A stretch of DNA of 20,000 bases, taken from IMG/VR virus record IMGVR_UViG_3300022074_000020, positions 57,901-77,900 of that record, one strand, 5' to 3'. Positions 1-8,812 of this stretch are shown piece by piece. Under the pieces are notes generated by a model. That model saw only the letters and a program-made list of their open reading frames with translations. It ran no database searches and was not told where the DNA came from. Within the stretch, counting starts at the first letter, position 1. Each line of letters begins with the position of its first letter. A program made the translations under genes and the position numbers. The DNA comes from an uncultured virus (IMG/VR IMGVR_UViG_3300022074_000020) (taxonomy: Duplodnaviria; Heunggongvirae; Uroviricota; Caudoviricetes; Kyanoviridae).

Positions 1-2
1 GT

Positions 3-119
3 ATTGGTGAGCACTCAAACATCGTTGAAGCAATCGAACAAGAACTTGATATGATTGCTAAGTATCAAGACCAGATTGACGTTATTAACAAATACTTTAA
101 CAAAAAATCCGATCAATGA
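3..119 (+). CDS. 3' end of a hypothetical phage protein (5'-truncated by window)
   Basis: Open frame from the window edge reads IGEHSNIVEAIEQELDMIAKYQDQIDVINKYFNKKSDQ*. Its TGA (117-119) overlaps the next ATG (ATGA coupling). Confidence 0.75.
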   Translation: MGEHSNIVEAIEQELDMIAKYQDQIDVINKYFNKKSDQ

Positions 120-340
120 TAGACGACCATCCAGATTTTGATGAGATAGATGATCATGATTATCATCTAAAACTATATCATCAAGATCTTAGACTACTAC
201 ACAGTTGTGTAGAAAAATCTATTCAGTCTTGGCCAGGCGGTGATCCTAGAGAACAAGAAGCAATGTTTGTGATGCGAGATATTTTATATAAAGGTTTATT
301 GGAACACCAATATCACCAGTTGAATGTAGACAGAGACTAA
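116..340 (+). CDS. Hypothetical phage protein, 74 aa (WPGGDPxEQE motif)
   Basis: ORF track. ATGA overlap upstream and TAATG overlap downstream show operon-style packing. Confidence 0.75.
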   Translation: MIDDHPDFDEIDDHDYHLKLYHQDLRLLHSCVEKSIQSWPGGDPREQEAMFVMRDILYKGLLEHQYHQLNVDRD

Positions 341-432
341 TGGAACTACTAATCGGAACAGCATGTTTTGGTGCATTTACCTTTTGGGGTGTATGTGTTG
401 CCAAATACCTTGATGCAAGAGAGAACAACTAA
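340..432 (+). CDS. Small predicted single-pass membrane protein, 30 aa
   Basis: Read by hand, below the ORF-track cutoff: MELLIGTACFGAFTFWGVCVAKYLDARENN*. It exactly fills the gap, with TAATG overlaps at both ends (338-342, 430-434), and has a hydrophobic N-terminal ~20 aa. Confidence 0.65.
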   Translation: MELLIGTACFGAFTFWGVCVAKYLDARENN

Positions 433-2084
433 TGGCAGTTAAACAGGAAATTTACTTAGGTAATCCCAATCTAAAAAAGGCAAACGTTTCTACGAACTTT
501 ACGAAGAAACAGATTGCTGAGTATTTGAAGTGCGCTCAAGATCCTGTTCATTTCATTAGAAAATATATCAAGATTGTTTCTCTTGATGAGGGTGTCATAC
601 CATTTACAATGTATGACTTCCAAGAAGACATGGTAACTAAGTTCCATGAGAAAAGATTTAATATTGCCAAACTTCCAAGACAGTCTGGTAAATCTACAAT
701 CGTTACAGCATATCTACTATGGTATGTACTATTCAATGACAATGTAAATGTCGCAATCCTCGCAAACAAGGCAGCAACTGCAAGAGAGATGTTGGGACGC
801 CTACAGTTATCTTACGAGAATCTTCCTAAATGGTTGCAACAAGGTATACTGGGGTGGAACAAAGGATCCCTCGAACTGGAGAACGGTAGTAAGATTTTGG
901 CTGCAAGTACTAGTGCTTCTGCTGTTCGCGGTATGTCCTTTAACGTTATATTTCTGGACGAATTCGCGTTTGTTCCGAATCATATTGCTGACCAGTTTTT
1001 CAGTTCTGTCTATCCTACTATATCTTCTGGTAAGTCCACAAAGGTTATTATCATTTCTACCCCTCACGGGATGAACATGTTCTACAAATTGTGGCATGAT
1101 GCGGAACGTGGTCAGAATGAATATCTACCAACAGAAGTACATTGGTCACAAGTTCCAGGCAGAGATGAGGTCTGGAAAGAACAAACTATCAAGAACACAT
1201 CAGAAGCACAGTTCAAAGTTGAATTTGAATGTGAATTCCTGGGCTCTGTTGACACATTAATCAGTCCTAGTAAACTCAGGACTATGGCATACCATGATCC
1301 AATTAAAGAGAACAGAGGTCTTGCACTGTTTGAATCTGTACAAGAAGACCATGATTATATACTAACTGTTGACGTGTCTCGTGGTGTAGGACATGATTAC
1401 TCAGCATTCGCAGTATTTGATACCTCAGAACTACCATATAAAATGGTTGCTAGATATAAGAACAACGAGATCAAACCAATCGTCTTACCAAATGTTGTGG
1501 TGGACGTAGCAAAGAATTTTAACAATGCATACATCTTATGTGAAGTAAATGATATTGGTGGACAGGTTGCGGATATTATTCAGTATGATCTGGAGTATGA
1601 AAATCTACTGATGGCATCGATGCGTGGTAGAGCAGGACAACAATTAGGTCAAGGGTTCTCTGGTAAGAAGACTCAACTAGGTATCAAGATGTCAAGTGCT
1701 ACCAAGCAAGTTGGATGTTCCAACCTTAAAGCATTGATTGAAGATGATAAATTAGTAATTCCAGACTACGACACTATTGCAGAACTAACTACCTTTATCG
1801 CAAAGGGTCAATCATTCCAAGCGGAAGATGGATGTAACGATGACCTAGCAATGTGTCTGGTTATATTCTCATGGATGGCAACACAACCATACTTCAAAGA
1901 GATGCATGATAATGATGTGCGTGCGCGGATCTATGAAGATCAACGAGACGCAATCGAACAAGATATGGCACCTTTTGGGTTCGTTTCTGATGGTATGGAT
2001 GACGAGTACTTCGCAGACGCTCAGGGCGATGTCTGGAAAGTCGCGGAATATGGAGATAAATCATACATGTGGGACTATAGATAG
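432..2084 (+). CDS. g17: Terminase large subunit (T4 gp17-like)
   Basis: N-terminal YLGNPNLK, Walker A PRQSGKST, Walker B VIFLDEFAF, motif III ISTPHG, and RNase H-like nuclease motifs VDVSRG..DYS and NDDLAM. 550 aa. Confidence 0.97.
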   Translation: MAVKQEIYLGNPNLKKANVSTNFTKKQIAEYLKCAQDPVHFIRKYIKIVSLDEGVIPFTMYDFQEDMVTKFHEKRFNIAKLPRQSGKSTIVTAYLLWYVLFNDNVNVAILANKAATAREMLGRLQLSYENLPKWLQQGILGWNKGSLELENGSKILAASTSASAVRGMSFNVIFLDEFAFVPNHIADQFFSSVYPTISSGKSTKVIIISTPHGMNMFYKLWHDAERGQNEYLPTEVHWSQVPGRDEVWKEQTIKNTSEAQFKVEFECEFLGSVDTLISPSKLRTMAYHDPIKENRGLALFESVQEDHDYILTVDVSRGVGHDYSAFAVFDTSELPYKMVARYKNNEIKPIVLPNVVVDVAKNFNNAYILCEVNDIGGQVADIIQYDLEYENLLMASMRGRAGQQLGQGFSGKKTQLGIKMSSATKQVGCSNLKALIEDDKLVIPDYDTIAELTTFIAKGQSFQAEDGCNDDLAMCLVIFSWMATQPYFKEMHDNDVRARIYEDQRDAIEQDMAPFGFVSDGMDDEYFADAQGDVWKVAEYGDKSYMWDYR

Positions 2085-2095
2085 CATTTCATTTT

Positions 2096-2103
2096 TATAA
2101 ATA
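2096..2103 (+). promoter_or_regulatory. T4-type (gp55-dependent) late promoter TATAAATA upstream of g18
   Basis: Exact T4 late consensus in the g17-g18 intergenic gap. SD AGGAG at 2136-2140. Confidence 0.85.
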
Positions 2104-2149
2104 ATCCTAGACAACAAGTGCAGGGCACTAAATCTAGGAGTTTTAAACA

Positions 2150-4405
2150 ATGGCAGCTAATCAATCCTCACCTGGAGTCGTAGTCCAGGAAAGAGATCTG
2201 ACAACTATTACAACATTATCCACCGCGAACGTTGGTGTGATTGCAGCACCTTTTGAATTAGGTCCTGTTGAATCAGTGTTGGAAATCGGTTCTGAAAGAG
2301 AACTTGTAGCACAGTTTGGTGAACCAAACGACTACAACTATGAGTACTGGTATACTGCAGCGCAGTTCCTATCATACGGTGGAGTACTAAAAACCATCCG
2401 TGCTGACAGCGATACTTTAAAGAATGCTGTTGATACAGGCACTGCACCAAAGATTAAGAATTTACAAGACTACGAGACTACATACGAGACTGCAAGTAAT
2501 AACTGGAATTGGGCAGCAAGAACTCCTGGTACTAAAGGAAACTCAATCGGTATCTTCATGACAGACTCTGGTGCTGACCAGATCGCTGTTGTTCCTGCTC
2601 CTGGATCAGGTAACGATCACGAGTTCGTTTCTGGTGAAGCACTTAGCGTTTCTGCTACTGGTGCAGCAGGTAAAGTTTTCAAATATAGCATTGTCCTTAC
2701 AGTTGGATCTGTAGTAGGATCATTCGTTCCTGGAACTACAACTTCAATCAGTATTTCTGGTTCTGCACAAACAGTTAATGTACTTGCATATGATGCAGGT
2801 AACAGAAAGATTGAAATCGGTCTTCCTTCTGGTGGTGTTACTGGTATCATTGCTGATGGTCAGACTATTACTCAGGGTTCTAACACTGCAGTAATCGAAA
2901 CTTCTGGTATCGAAAGACGTGTTTATGTCGCAAAAGACAAAGGTTCAGTTGACTTTGCTGCTGCTGACAGTATCGCTGATACTAACTCTACTGCTGTTGC
3001 AGTTAGTTTAGTAAGAGTTGAGTATGATGAGCGTGAGTATCTTCCAGGTCAGAAATGGGTTGAAGTTGCTCCTAGACCTTCAACTTCTTCTTTCACTAGT
3101 GCAAACGGTGGATTTAGAGACGAACTTCACATCCTCGTAACTGACGTTGATGGTAAGATCACTGGTAACGCAGGTACTGTTCTTGAGAGATACATCGGTG
3201 TTTCTAAAGCATCTGATGGTAAGTCTTCTCTTGGAGAGACCAATTACTACGTTGAAGTTATCAAGCAGAAATCTGCTTATGTCTTCTGGGGTGAGCACGA
3301 AACTACACTGTTTGCTGCTACTGCTTCTGCTTCTGCAGGTAACTGGGGACAAAGTGCTGCTTCTAGACAGTTCAACTTACTTCGCTCAACTGCAGGTACT
3401 GTAGATTATCCTGCAGGTGCAGTTACTCTTGGATCTGACGAGAACGCTACTTTCTACTACAGACTTGGTAGTGGTGCTGACTATGCACTTTCTGGTGGTG
3501 AGTATACTATTACTTCAGCAGGTCTTGCTACTGCATATGGATTGGTAGATGACCCAGAATCACAAGTCATCGACTTCATCTTAGCAGGTCCTTCTGGCGC
3601 AACTGATTCTGCTGCTATCTCTAAGGTTGCTGCTCTAGTCAGTATTGTTGAAGAAAGAAGAGACTGTATGCTATTCGTTTCTCCTCGTAGAGGAAACGTG
3701 ATTGGCGTCAGTAGCGCAGCAACTCAAACTGTTAATATCATTAACTTCTTTGATCAACTACCTAGTTCTTCTTACATGGTATTTGACTCTGGTTATAAGT
3801 ACATTTACGATAAGTACAACGACGTATACAGATACGTTCCTTGTAACGGTGACGTTGCAGGTCTTTGCTTACAAACAACTGAAGTTGCAGAACCATGGTT
3901 CTCACCTGCAGGTTTCGCTCGTGGTCAAGTTAGAAATGCTATCAAACTTGCATTCACTCCTAACAAGACTCAGCGTGACAGACTTTACTCTGCAAGAGTT
4001 AACCCAATCGTTTCCTTCCCAGGTCAGGGTATCGTTCTTTACGGTGACAAGACCGCACAGGCATTTGCTTCTGCATTCGATAGAATCAATGTTAGACGTC
4101 TCTTCCTCACTATTGAGAGAGTTATCTCTGGTGCTGCTAAGTCACAACTCTTTGAACAGAACGATGAGCAACAAAGAGGACTCTTCCTCAACATTGTTGA
4201 ACCATACTTGAGAGATGTTCAAGGTCGTCGTGGTGTAACTGACTTCTTAGTTAAGTGTGACAGCGAGAACAACCCACCTGAGTCTGTTGACAGAGGTGAG
4301 TTCAACGCTGAAATCTTTGTGAAACCAACAAGGACTATCAACTACATTACTCTGACTTTCGTTGCTACTAGAACTGGAGTTTCTTTCCAAGAAGTCGCAA
4401 GTTAA
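2150..4405 (+). CDS. g18: Contractile tail sheath protein (gp18)
   Basis: N-terminal SPGVVVQERDLT, C-terminal PWFSPAG, LYGDKT, FDRINVRRLF and KPTRTINYITLTFVATRTGVSF. Lies between g17 and g19. Confidence 0.97.
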   Translation: MAANQSSPGVVVQERDLTTITTLSTANVGVIAAPFELGPVESVLEIGSERELVAQFGEPNDYNYEYWYTAAQFLSYGGVLKTIRADSDTLKNAVDTGTAPKIKNLQDYETTYETASNNWNWAARTPGTKGNSIGIFMTDSGADQIAVVPAPGSGNDHEFVSGEALSVSATGAAGKVFKYSIVLTVGSVVGSFVPGTTTSISISGSAQTVNVLAYDAGNRKIEIGLPSGGVTGIIADGQTITQGSNTAVIETSGIERRVYVAKDKGSVDFAAADSIADTNSTAVAVSLVRVEYDEREYLPGQKWVEVAPRPSTSSFTSANGGFRDELHILVTDVDGKITGNAGTVLERYIGVSKASDGKSSLGETNYYVEVIKQKSAYVFWGEHETTLFAATASASAGNWGQSAASRQFNLLRSTAGTVDYPAGAVTLGSDENATFYYRLGSGADYALSGGEYTITSAGLATAYGLVDDPESQVIDFILAGPSGATDSAAISKVAALVSIVEERRDCMLFVSPRRGNVIGVSSAATQTVNIINFFDQLPSSSYMVFDSGYKYIYDKYNDVYRYVPCNGDVAGLCLQTTEVAEPWFSPAGFARGQVRNAIKLAFTPNKTQRDRLYSARVNPIVSFPGQGIVLYGDKTAQAFASAFDRINVRRLFLTIERVISGAAKSQLFEQNDEQQRGLFLNIVEPYLRDVQGRRGVTDFLVKCDSENNPPESVDRGEFNAEIFVKPTRTINYITLTFVATRTGVSFQEVAS

Positions 4406-4426
4406 AATTAAATAAAAACCTCTGAA

Positions 4427-4463
4427 AAAACGCTTTGTTCTAAATAATAGGACAAAGCGTTTT
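4427..4463 (+). terminator. Inverted repeat (probable terminator or processing hairpin) containing a late-promoter variant CTAAATA (4440-4446)
   Basis: AAAACGCTTTGTTCT (4427-4441) pairs with AGGACAAAGCGTTTT (4449-4463) with one G-U pair. Flanking A and T runs. Confidence 0.65.
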
Positions 4464-4476
4464 ATATTAACCTACC

Positions 4477-5082
4477 ATGGCAGGAATTCAATCATTTAAA
4501 TCTAGAGTCAGCGGTGATTTTTCTAGACCTAACCTGTTCAAATGCGTCATTGACTTCCCATCGGTAGTCGCAGGCGGACAAGAAGCAGCAAAACTCGGTG
4601 AGTTTACCGTGAGAGCAGCGAACTTACCCGCAACACAGTTGGGTATTGTCGAAGTCCCTTACAGAGGTCGCGTACTCAAGATTGCAGGTGACCGTACATT
4701 TGAACCTTGGACCATCACTATCATGAACGATAAAGACTTCGTTCTTCGTAACGCATTTGAAAGTTGGGCACAGGGTGTTCAAGAGTATACTCAAAACGTT
4801 ACTACTGCAGGATCAGACGTTGGATCCTATTTCAAGGACATGAGAGTTATTCAGTATGATAGGTTTGGCGATCTAAAAGATTCAGCAGATGCAGAGGCAG
4901 ATCCTAAGGTTCTTGCAGAGTATCGTTTCTATGATACTTTCCCAACTAACGTTGCTGCAATCGATCTTGATTACGGAAGCAATGACGCTATCTCCGAGTT
5001 TACCGTAGAACTTCAAGTCCAGTACTGGAAACCAGTTTACAAGGGCGAGAAGACTGAAGGCGGAAAACAAACTAAAAAATAA
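4477..5082 (+). CDS. g19: Tail tube protein (gp19)
   Basis: SRPNLF, LPATQLG.VEVPYRGR.LKIAGDRTFEPWTITIMND and FTVELQVQYW motifs, plus synteny. Confidence 0.96.
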   Translation: MAGIQSFKSRVSGDFSRPNLFKCVIDFPSVVAGGQEAAKLGEFTVRAANLPATQLGIVEVPYRGRVLKIAGDRTFEPWTITIMNDKDFVLRNAFESWAQGVQEYTQNVTTAGSDVGSYFKDMRVIQYDRFGDLKDSADAEADPKVLAEYRFYDTFPTNVAAIDLDYGSNDAISEFTVELQVQYWKPVYKGEKTEGGKQTKK

Positions 5083-5093
5083 GGTTTTAGAAA

Positions 5094-5114
5094 GTTCCTA
5101 AATAAGACAGGAAC
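5094..5114 (+). promoter_or_regulatory. Late-promoter variant CTAAATA (5098-5104) within a short hairpin upstream of g20
   Basis: GTTCCT (5094-5099) / AGGAAC (5109-5114) inverted repeat. The same TAAATA core recurs upstream of other structural genes. Confidence 0.6.
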
Positions 5115-5133
5115 AACAATACTATAGTATAAA

Positions 5134-6726
5134 ATGTCTCAACTCTTCGGATTTTCACTCCAGAGAGCAAAGAAGGTTCCTAAGGGACCTTCTTTTGTTC
5201 AGAAGGATAGTATGGATGGTACGCAACCGATTGTCGGTGGCGGTCACTATGGATACTCTGTTGATTTTGATGGGACTATTCGTAATGAATATGAACTGAT
5301 CTCTCGTTATAGAGAGATGGTTCTCCAACCAGAATGTGACAGCGCAGTAGATGATGTCGTTAACGAAACCATCTGCGGTAACTTTGATGATGTACCAGTT
5401 GAGGTTGAACTAAGCAACCTTAAGCAATCAGAAAAGATTAAGAAGTTAATAAGAGAGGAGTTCGATGAGATTCTCCGTCTTCTAGACTTTGATAATAGAT
5501 CTTATGAGATCTTCCGTCGTTGGTATGTTGACGGTAGATTATTCTTTCATAAGATCATCGACCCTAAGAATCCTCGTAGCGGACTTACAGAACTGAGGTA
5601 TATCGATCCTCGTAAGATTCGTAAAGTGACTGAGTTTGAATCGAAAGATCCAAACGCAATGCGTAGTGCAGATCTTAACACTCAACTCACGCAAACGTCC
5701 CATACTTACTATCTCTATAATCCTAAAGGATTAAGGAATACTACTAATCAGGGCATGAAGATTGCACCTGATTCTATCACTTATTGTCATTCTGGTATTC
5801 AGGATCTCAATAAGAACATGGTGCTATCGCACCTACATAAAGCGATCAAGGCAGTTAATCAACTCCGTATGATCGAAGACTCTTTGGTTATCTACCGTTT
5901 GAGTAGAGCACCAGAACGTCGTATTTTCTATATTGATGTTGGTAACTTACCTAAGAACAAAGCGGAGCAATACCTTCGTGAAGTTATGGGAAGGTACCGT
6001 AACAAGTTAGTGTACGATGCAAATACAGGAGAAATTAAAGATGACAAGAAGTTCATGTCAATGCTCGAAGACTTCTGGTTACCCAGACGAGAAGGCGGAC
6101 GAGGCACTGAGATCACTACGCTCCCAGGTGGACAAAATCTTGGAGAACTTGAGGATGTCAAATACTTCCAGAAGAAACTTTATAAGGCACTAAACGTTCC
6201 TAACTCTAGATTAGAATCAGAAGCGACATTTAATATTGGTCGTGCTGCTGAAATCACAAGAGATGAAGTTAAATTCCAGAAGTTCATTGCACGTCTCCGC
6301 AAAAGATTTAGTGAACTATTCCATGATCTTTTAAAAACTCAACTCGTTCTAAAAGGAATTATTTCCATTGAAGAATGGGAGGATATGAAAGAGCATATCC
6401 AATACGATTACATTGCTGACAACTACTTTACAGAACTCAAGGAGATTGAGATCCGTAATGAGAGAATGAATCAAGTTAACGTAATGGATCCTTATGTTGG
6501 TAAATACTTCTCAGTGGAGTACTTACGAACACAAGTCCTCAAACAAACAGTACAGGAACAAAAGGAAATTGACAAACAGATTAAATCTGAACTTGAGTCT
6601 GGTGTTATACCTGATCCTGCAGCGGAAATGGATCCATCTATGGATCCTAATGCTGCCCCAGAAGAACAACAGCAGGAGGAACTTCCGCAAGTAGATCCAG
6701 GTGATTTACGCAGAGGAGAGTTCTAA
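5134..6726 (+). CDS. g20: Portal vertex protein (gp20)
   Basis: FRRWYVDGR, YIDPRKI, IYRLSRAPERRIFYIDVGN, MLEDFWLPRREGGRGTEITTLPGG and ITRDEVKF motifs. Confidence 0.98.
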   Translation: MSQLFGFSLQRAKKVPKGPSFVQKDSMDGTQPIVGGGHYGYSVDFDGTIRNEYELISRYREMVLQPECDSAVDDVVNETICGNFDDVPVEVELSNLKQSEKIKKLIREEFDEILRLLDFDNRSYEIFRRWYVDGRLFFHKIIDPKNPRSGLTELRYIDPRKIRKVTEFESKDPNAMRSADLNTQLTQTSHTYYLYNPKGLRNTTNQGMKIAPDSITYCHSGIQDLNKNMVLSHLHKAIKAVNQLRMIEDSLVIYRLSRAPERRIFYIDVGNLPKNKAEQYLREVMGRYRNKLVYDANTGEIKDDKKFMSMLEDFWLPRREGGRGTEITTLPGGQNLGELEDVKYFQKKLYKALNVPNSRLESEATFNIGRAAEITRDEVKFQKFIARLRKRFSELFHDLLKTQLVLKGIISIEEWEDMKEHIQYDYIADNYFTELKEIEIRNERMNQVNVMDPYVGKYFSVEYLRTQVLKQTVQEQKEIDKQIKSELESGVIPDPAAEMDPSMDPNAAPEEQQQEELPQVDPGDLRRGEF

Positions 6727-6730
6727 GTTG

Positions 6731-6741
6731 CTAAATAAATA
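6731..6741 (+). promoter_or_regulatory. Late promoter (overlapping CTAAATA/ATAAATA)
   Basis: CTAAATAAATA in the intergenic gap, followed by SD AGGAG at 6746-6750. Confidence 0.7.
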
Positions 6742-6755
6742 CAGTAGGAGTTATT

Positions 6756-7070
6756 ATGCCTAGCGAAATCGCACAAACCATTGTCAACCAAATCTTTGGT
6801 GACGAAAAAGCGAAAGCAGTTGATTCGGTAAACGATGCCTTATCTGCTGCTGCATACGATGCAGTTCAACAACGTAAAGTTGATTTTGCAGCAAGTATGG
6901 GTTTTGAACTTGATGATACTGCACAGGATGCTGCGGATGAAATCTCCGATGAACTTCCTGATAATACAGAAGAAATCCCAGAACCTACACAAGGAAACGT
7001 CGAAACCCCTGAGGTAACAGACGAAACACAACCCGAAACTGAGGAAGAATCCGATGAGACTAATAGCTGA
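6756..7070 (+). CDS. Small acidic prohead core protein (gp67-like, by position)
   Basis: 104 aa, very E/D-rich C-terminus, strong SD. Lies between g20 and g21, where T4 has g67/g68. Confidence 0.7.
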   Translation: MPSEIAQTIVNQIFGDEKAKAVDSVNDALSAAAYDAVQQRKVDFAASMGFELDDTAQDAADEISDELPDNTEEIPEPTQGNVETPEVTDETQPETEEESDETNS

Positions 7071-7698
7071 AGAAATTAACCAAGTCGATTTTCTTTGCGA
7101 AGAGAAAGAAGGCAAGAAGAATTACTTCATTGAAGGTGTCTTTTTGCAAGCGGAACTAAAAAACCGTAACAACAGAATGTACCCTCTCAAGACTCTTACT
7201 AAAGAAGTCGCTAAATATGATGAGAACTACATTCAAAAAGGGCGTGCCCTTGGAGAACTAGGTCATCCTGATGGTCCATCTATCAACCTAGATAGGGTAT
7301 CACATAAAATTCTCTCATTGAGAGAAGATGGAAACAACTTCATCGGAAGAGCGAAGTTACTTGACACACCTATGGGTAAAGTCGCCAAGTCATTGCTAGA
7401 CGAGGGCGTAAAACTCGGTGTTTCATCGAGAGGCATGGGATCTATCCGCAAGGAAGATAACTGCAACGTTGTTATGGACGACTTCATGTTAGCAACTGCT
7501 GCTGATATCGTCGCTGATCCTTCAGCACCTGATGCATTTGTCAATGGAATCATGGAAGGAAAGGAGTGGGTTTGGGATAATGGAATCCTAAAAGAGTCTG
7601 CTGTTGCTCAATTAAAAACAGAAATCGATCATGCAACCCTTAGAAATTTACAAGAACGCAAAGTTTCCGCGTTTGAGTCGTTTCTAAAGAGTTTGTGA
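7054..7698 (+). CDS. g21: Prohead protease (gp21)
   Basis: IEGVFLQAE.KNRNNRMY, ALGELGHP, GVSSRGMGS (catalytic Ser region) and DIVADPSAPDAFV motifs. Confidence 0.96.
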   Translation: MRLIAEEINQVDFLCEEKEGKKNYFIEGVFLQAELKNRNNRMYPLKTLTKEVAKYDENYIQKGRALGELGHPDGPSINLDRVSHKILSLREDGNNFIGRAKLLDTPMGKVAKSLLDEGVKLGVSSRGMGSIRKEDNCNVVMDDFMLATAADIVADPSAPDAFVNGIMEGKEWVWDNGILKESAVAQLKTEIDHATLRNLQERKVSAFESFLKSL

Positions 7699-7700
7699 TT

Positions 7701-7708
7701 TATAAATA
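7701..7708 (+). promoter_or_regulatory. T4-type late promoter TATAAATA upstream of g22/g23
   Basis: Exact consensus just after the g21 stop. Confidence 0.85.
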
Positions 7709-7746
7709 AATACAGACAACGCTAAAGCATAACGGAGTTTAAACAA

Positions 7747-8778
7747 ATGGCTGAGACCCTCGAAAAAAATCTTGATAACATGGATGAAGTGACCGAAGGT
7801 GCTACCCAATCCAAAACAGCGGTTAACGACAAGGCAAAACCTGGTGACCCTATCGATACATCGAAAGGTGGTGCATCTAAGGTAATTGACGTTAACACTG
7901 ATTCAGAAGAAGGCGCAAAAGGAACTAAAAACGCAGGCAAATCTGCAGCAGCACCAGTAGGTAAAGCACCTGTTCCGAGCACGAAACCTTCTGACGCATC
8001 CGCAAAAATGGAGGAAACCGAAGATGGCGAAGAAGCGATCGCTGAAACCAAGTACGACTTTACTCAAGATGTTGACGCTCTTGTCGCAGGTGAAGAACTC
8101 TCAGAAGAATTCCGAACCAGGGCAGTAACGATCTTCGAGGCAGTTGTAACTGAAAAGGTTAATGCTGAAGTTAAAGCGTTGCAAGAGGCATTTGAAGAGT
8201 CTCTGACTGAAGAAGTCGAAAAAATCAAAACAGAATTAGCCGAGAAGGTTGATGACTACTTATCTTATGCTGCTGAGAACTGGATGAAAGAGAATAATCT
8301 CCAGATCGAGCACGGTATTAAGACTGAGATGAGTGAATCATTCTTCAATGGTCTAAAAAGTCTTTTCTTAGAGCACAACTTTAGTGTGCCTGAGGAAAAA
8401 TTCAATCTACTTGACGGTATGGTTGGAGAGCTTGATGATATGGAAAAGAAACTCAACGAAACAATCGACACTAATGTTGCTTTAAACAAGCGCATCGGTG
8501 AGTTTGTTAAAATGGAAATTGTGAACGAGAGTGCTGTTGGTCTAGCAGAAACCCAAAAGGAGAAGTTAGCATCATTAGCAGAGGGTGTTGAGTTTGAGAA
8601 TGAAGAAGATTTTCGTAAGAAGATCGAAACTATCAAGGAATCATACTTCACTAGGAAGGCTGAGATCGCAGAATCTGCGAAGGAACCCACCGAAGAAGCA
8701 TCAGCACCTTTGGTAGAATCAACAGAGAGTGGCACAATGTCGAAGTACGTTGATGCAATCGCTCGCTGGTCCAAATAA
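7747..8778 (+). CDS. g22: Prohead core scaffolding protein (gp22)
   Basis: Acidic coiled-coil protein with LSEEF....TIFEA, VDDYLSY..ENWM.EN and K..TIKESYF. Lies between g21 and g23. Confidence 0.93.
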   Translation: MAETLEKNLDNMDEVTEGATQSKTAVNDKAKPGDPIDTSKGGASKVIDVNTDSEEGAKGTKNAGKSAAAPVGKAPVPSTKPSDASAKMEETEDGEEAIAETKYDFTQDVDALVAGEELSEEFRTRAVTIFEAVVTEKVNAEVKALQEAFEESLTEEVEKIKTELAEKVDDYLSYAAENWMKENNLQIEHGIKTEMSESFFNGLKSLFLEHNFSVPEEKFNLLDGMVGELDDMEKKLNETIDTNVALNKRIGEFVKMEIVNESAVGLAETQKEKLASLAEGVEFENEEDFRKKIETIKESYFTRKAEIAESAKEPTEEASAPLVESTESGTMSKYVDAIARWSK

Positions 8779-8812
8779 TTTAAACTACTATCTCTACTAT
8801 TAGAATAAACTA

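Noticed and set aside
1249..1276. Other internal TTGACA hexamers (near 1249, 7361, 15545, 15667)
   Set aside because: Their -10 matches are poor or wrongly spaced, as expected by chance in AT-rich coding DNA.
2560..3030. Gly/Ser/Thr-rich middle segment of the 751-aa sheath as a novel insertion
   Set aside because: Variable outer domains are normal in gp18 proteins, and I cannot show this one is unusual without an alignment.
3702..4211. 169-aa alternative-frame + strand ORF in g18 (also 748-1074, 3147-3404, 9147-9374, 9882-10256)
   Set aside because: Leu/Thr/Val-rich shadow frames expected from strong NNT/NNC codon bias in highly expressed genes. No start context.
6601..6660. Short repeat ATGGATCC twice (MDPSMDP) in the portal C-terminus
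   Set aside because: Low-complexity disordered tail typical of gp20 proteins.
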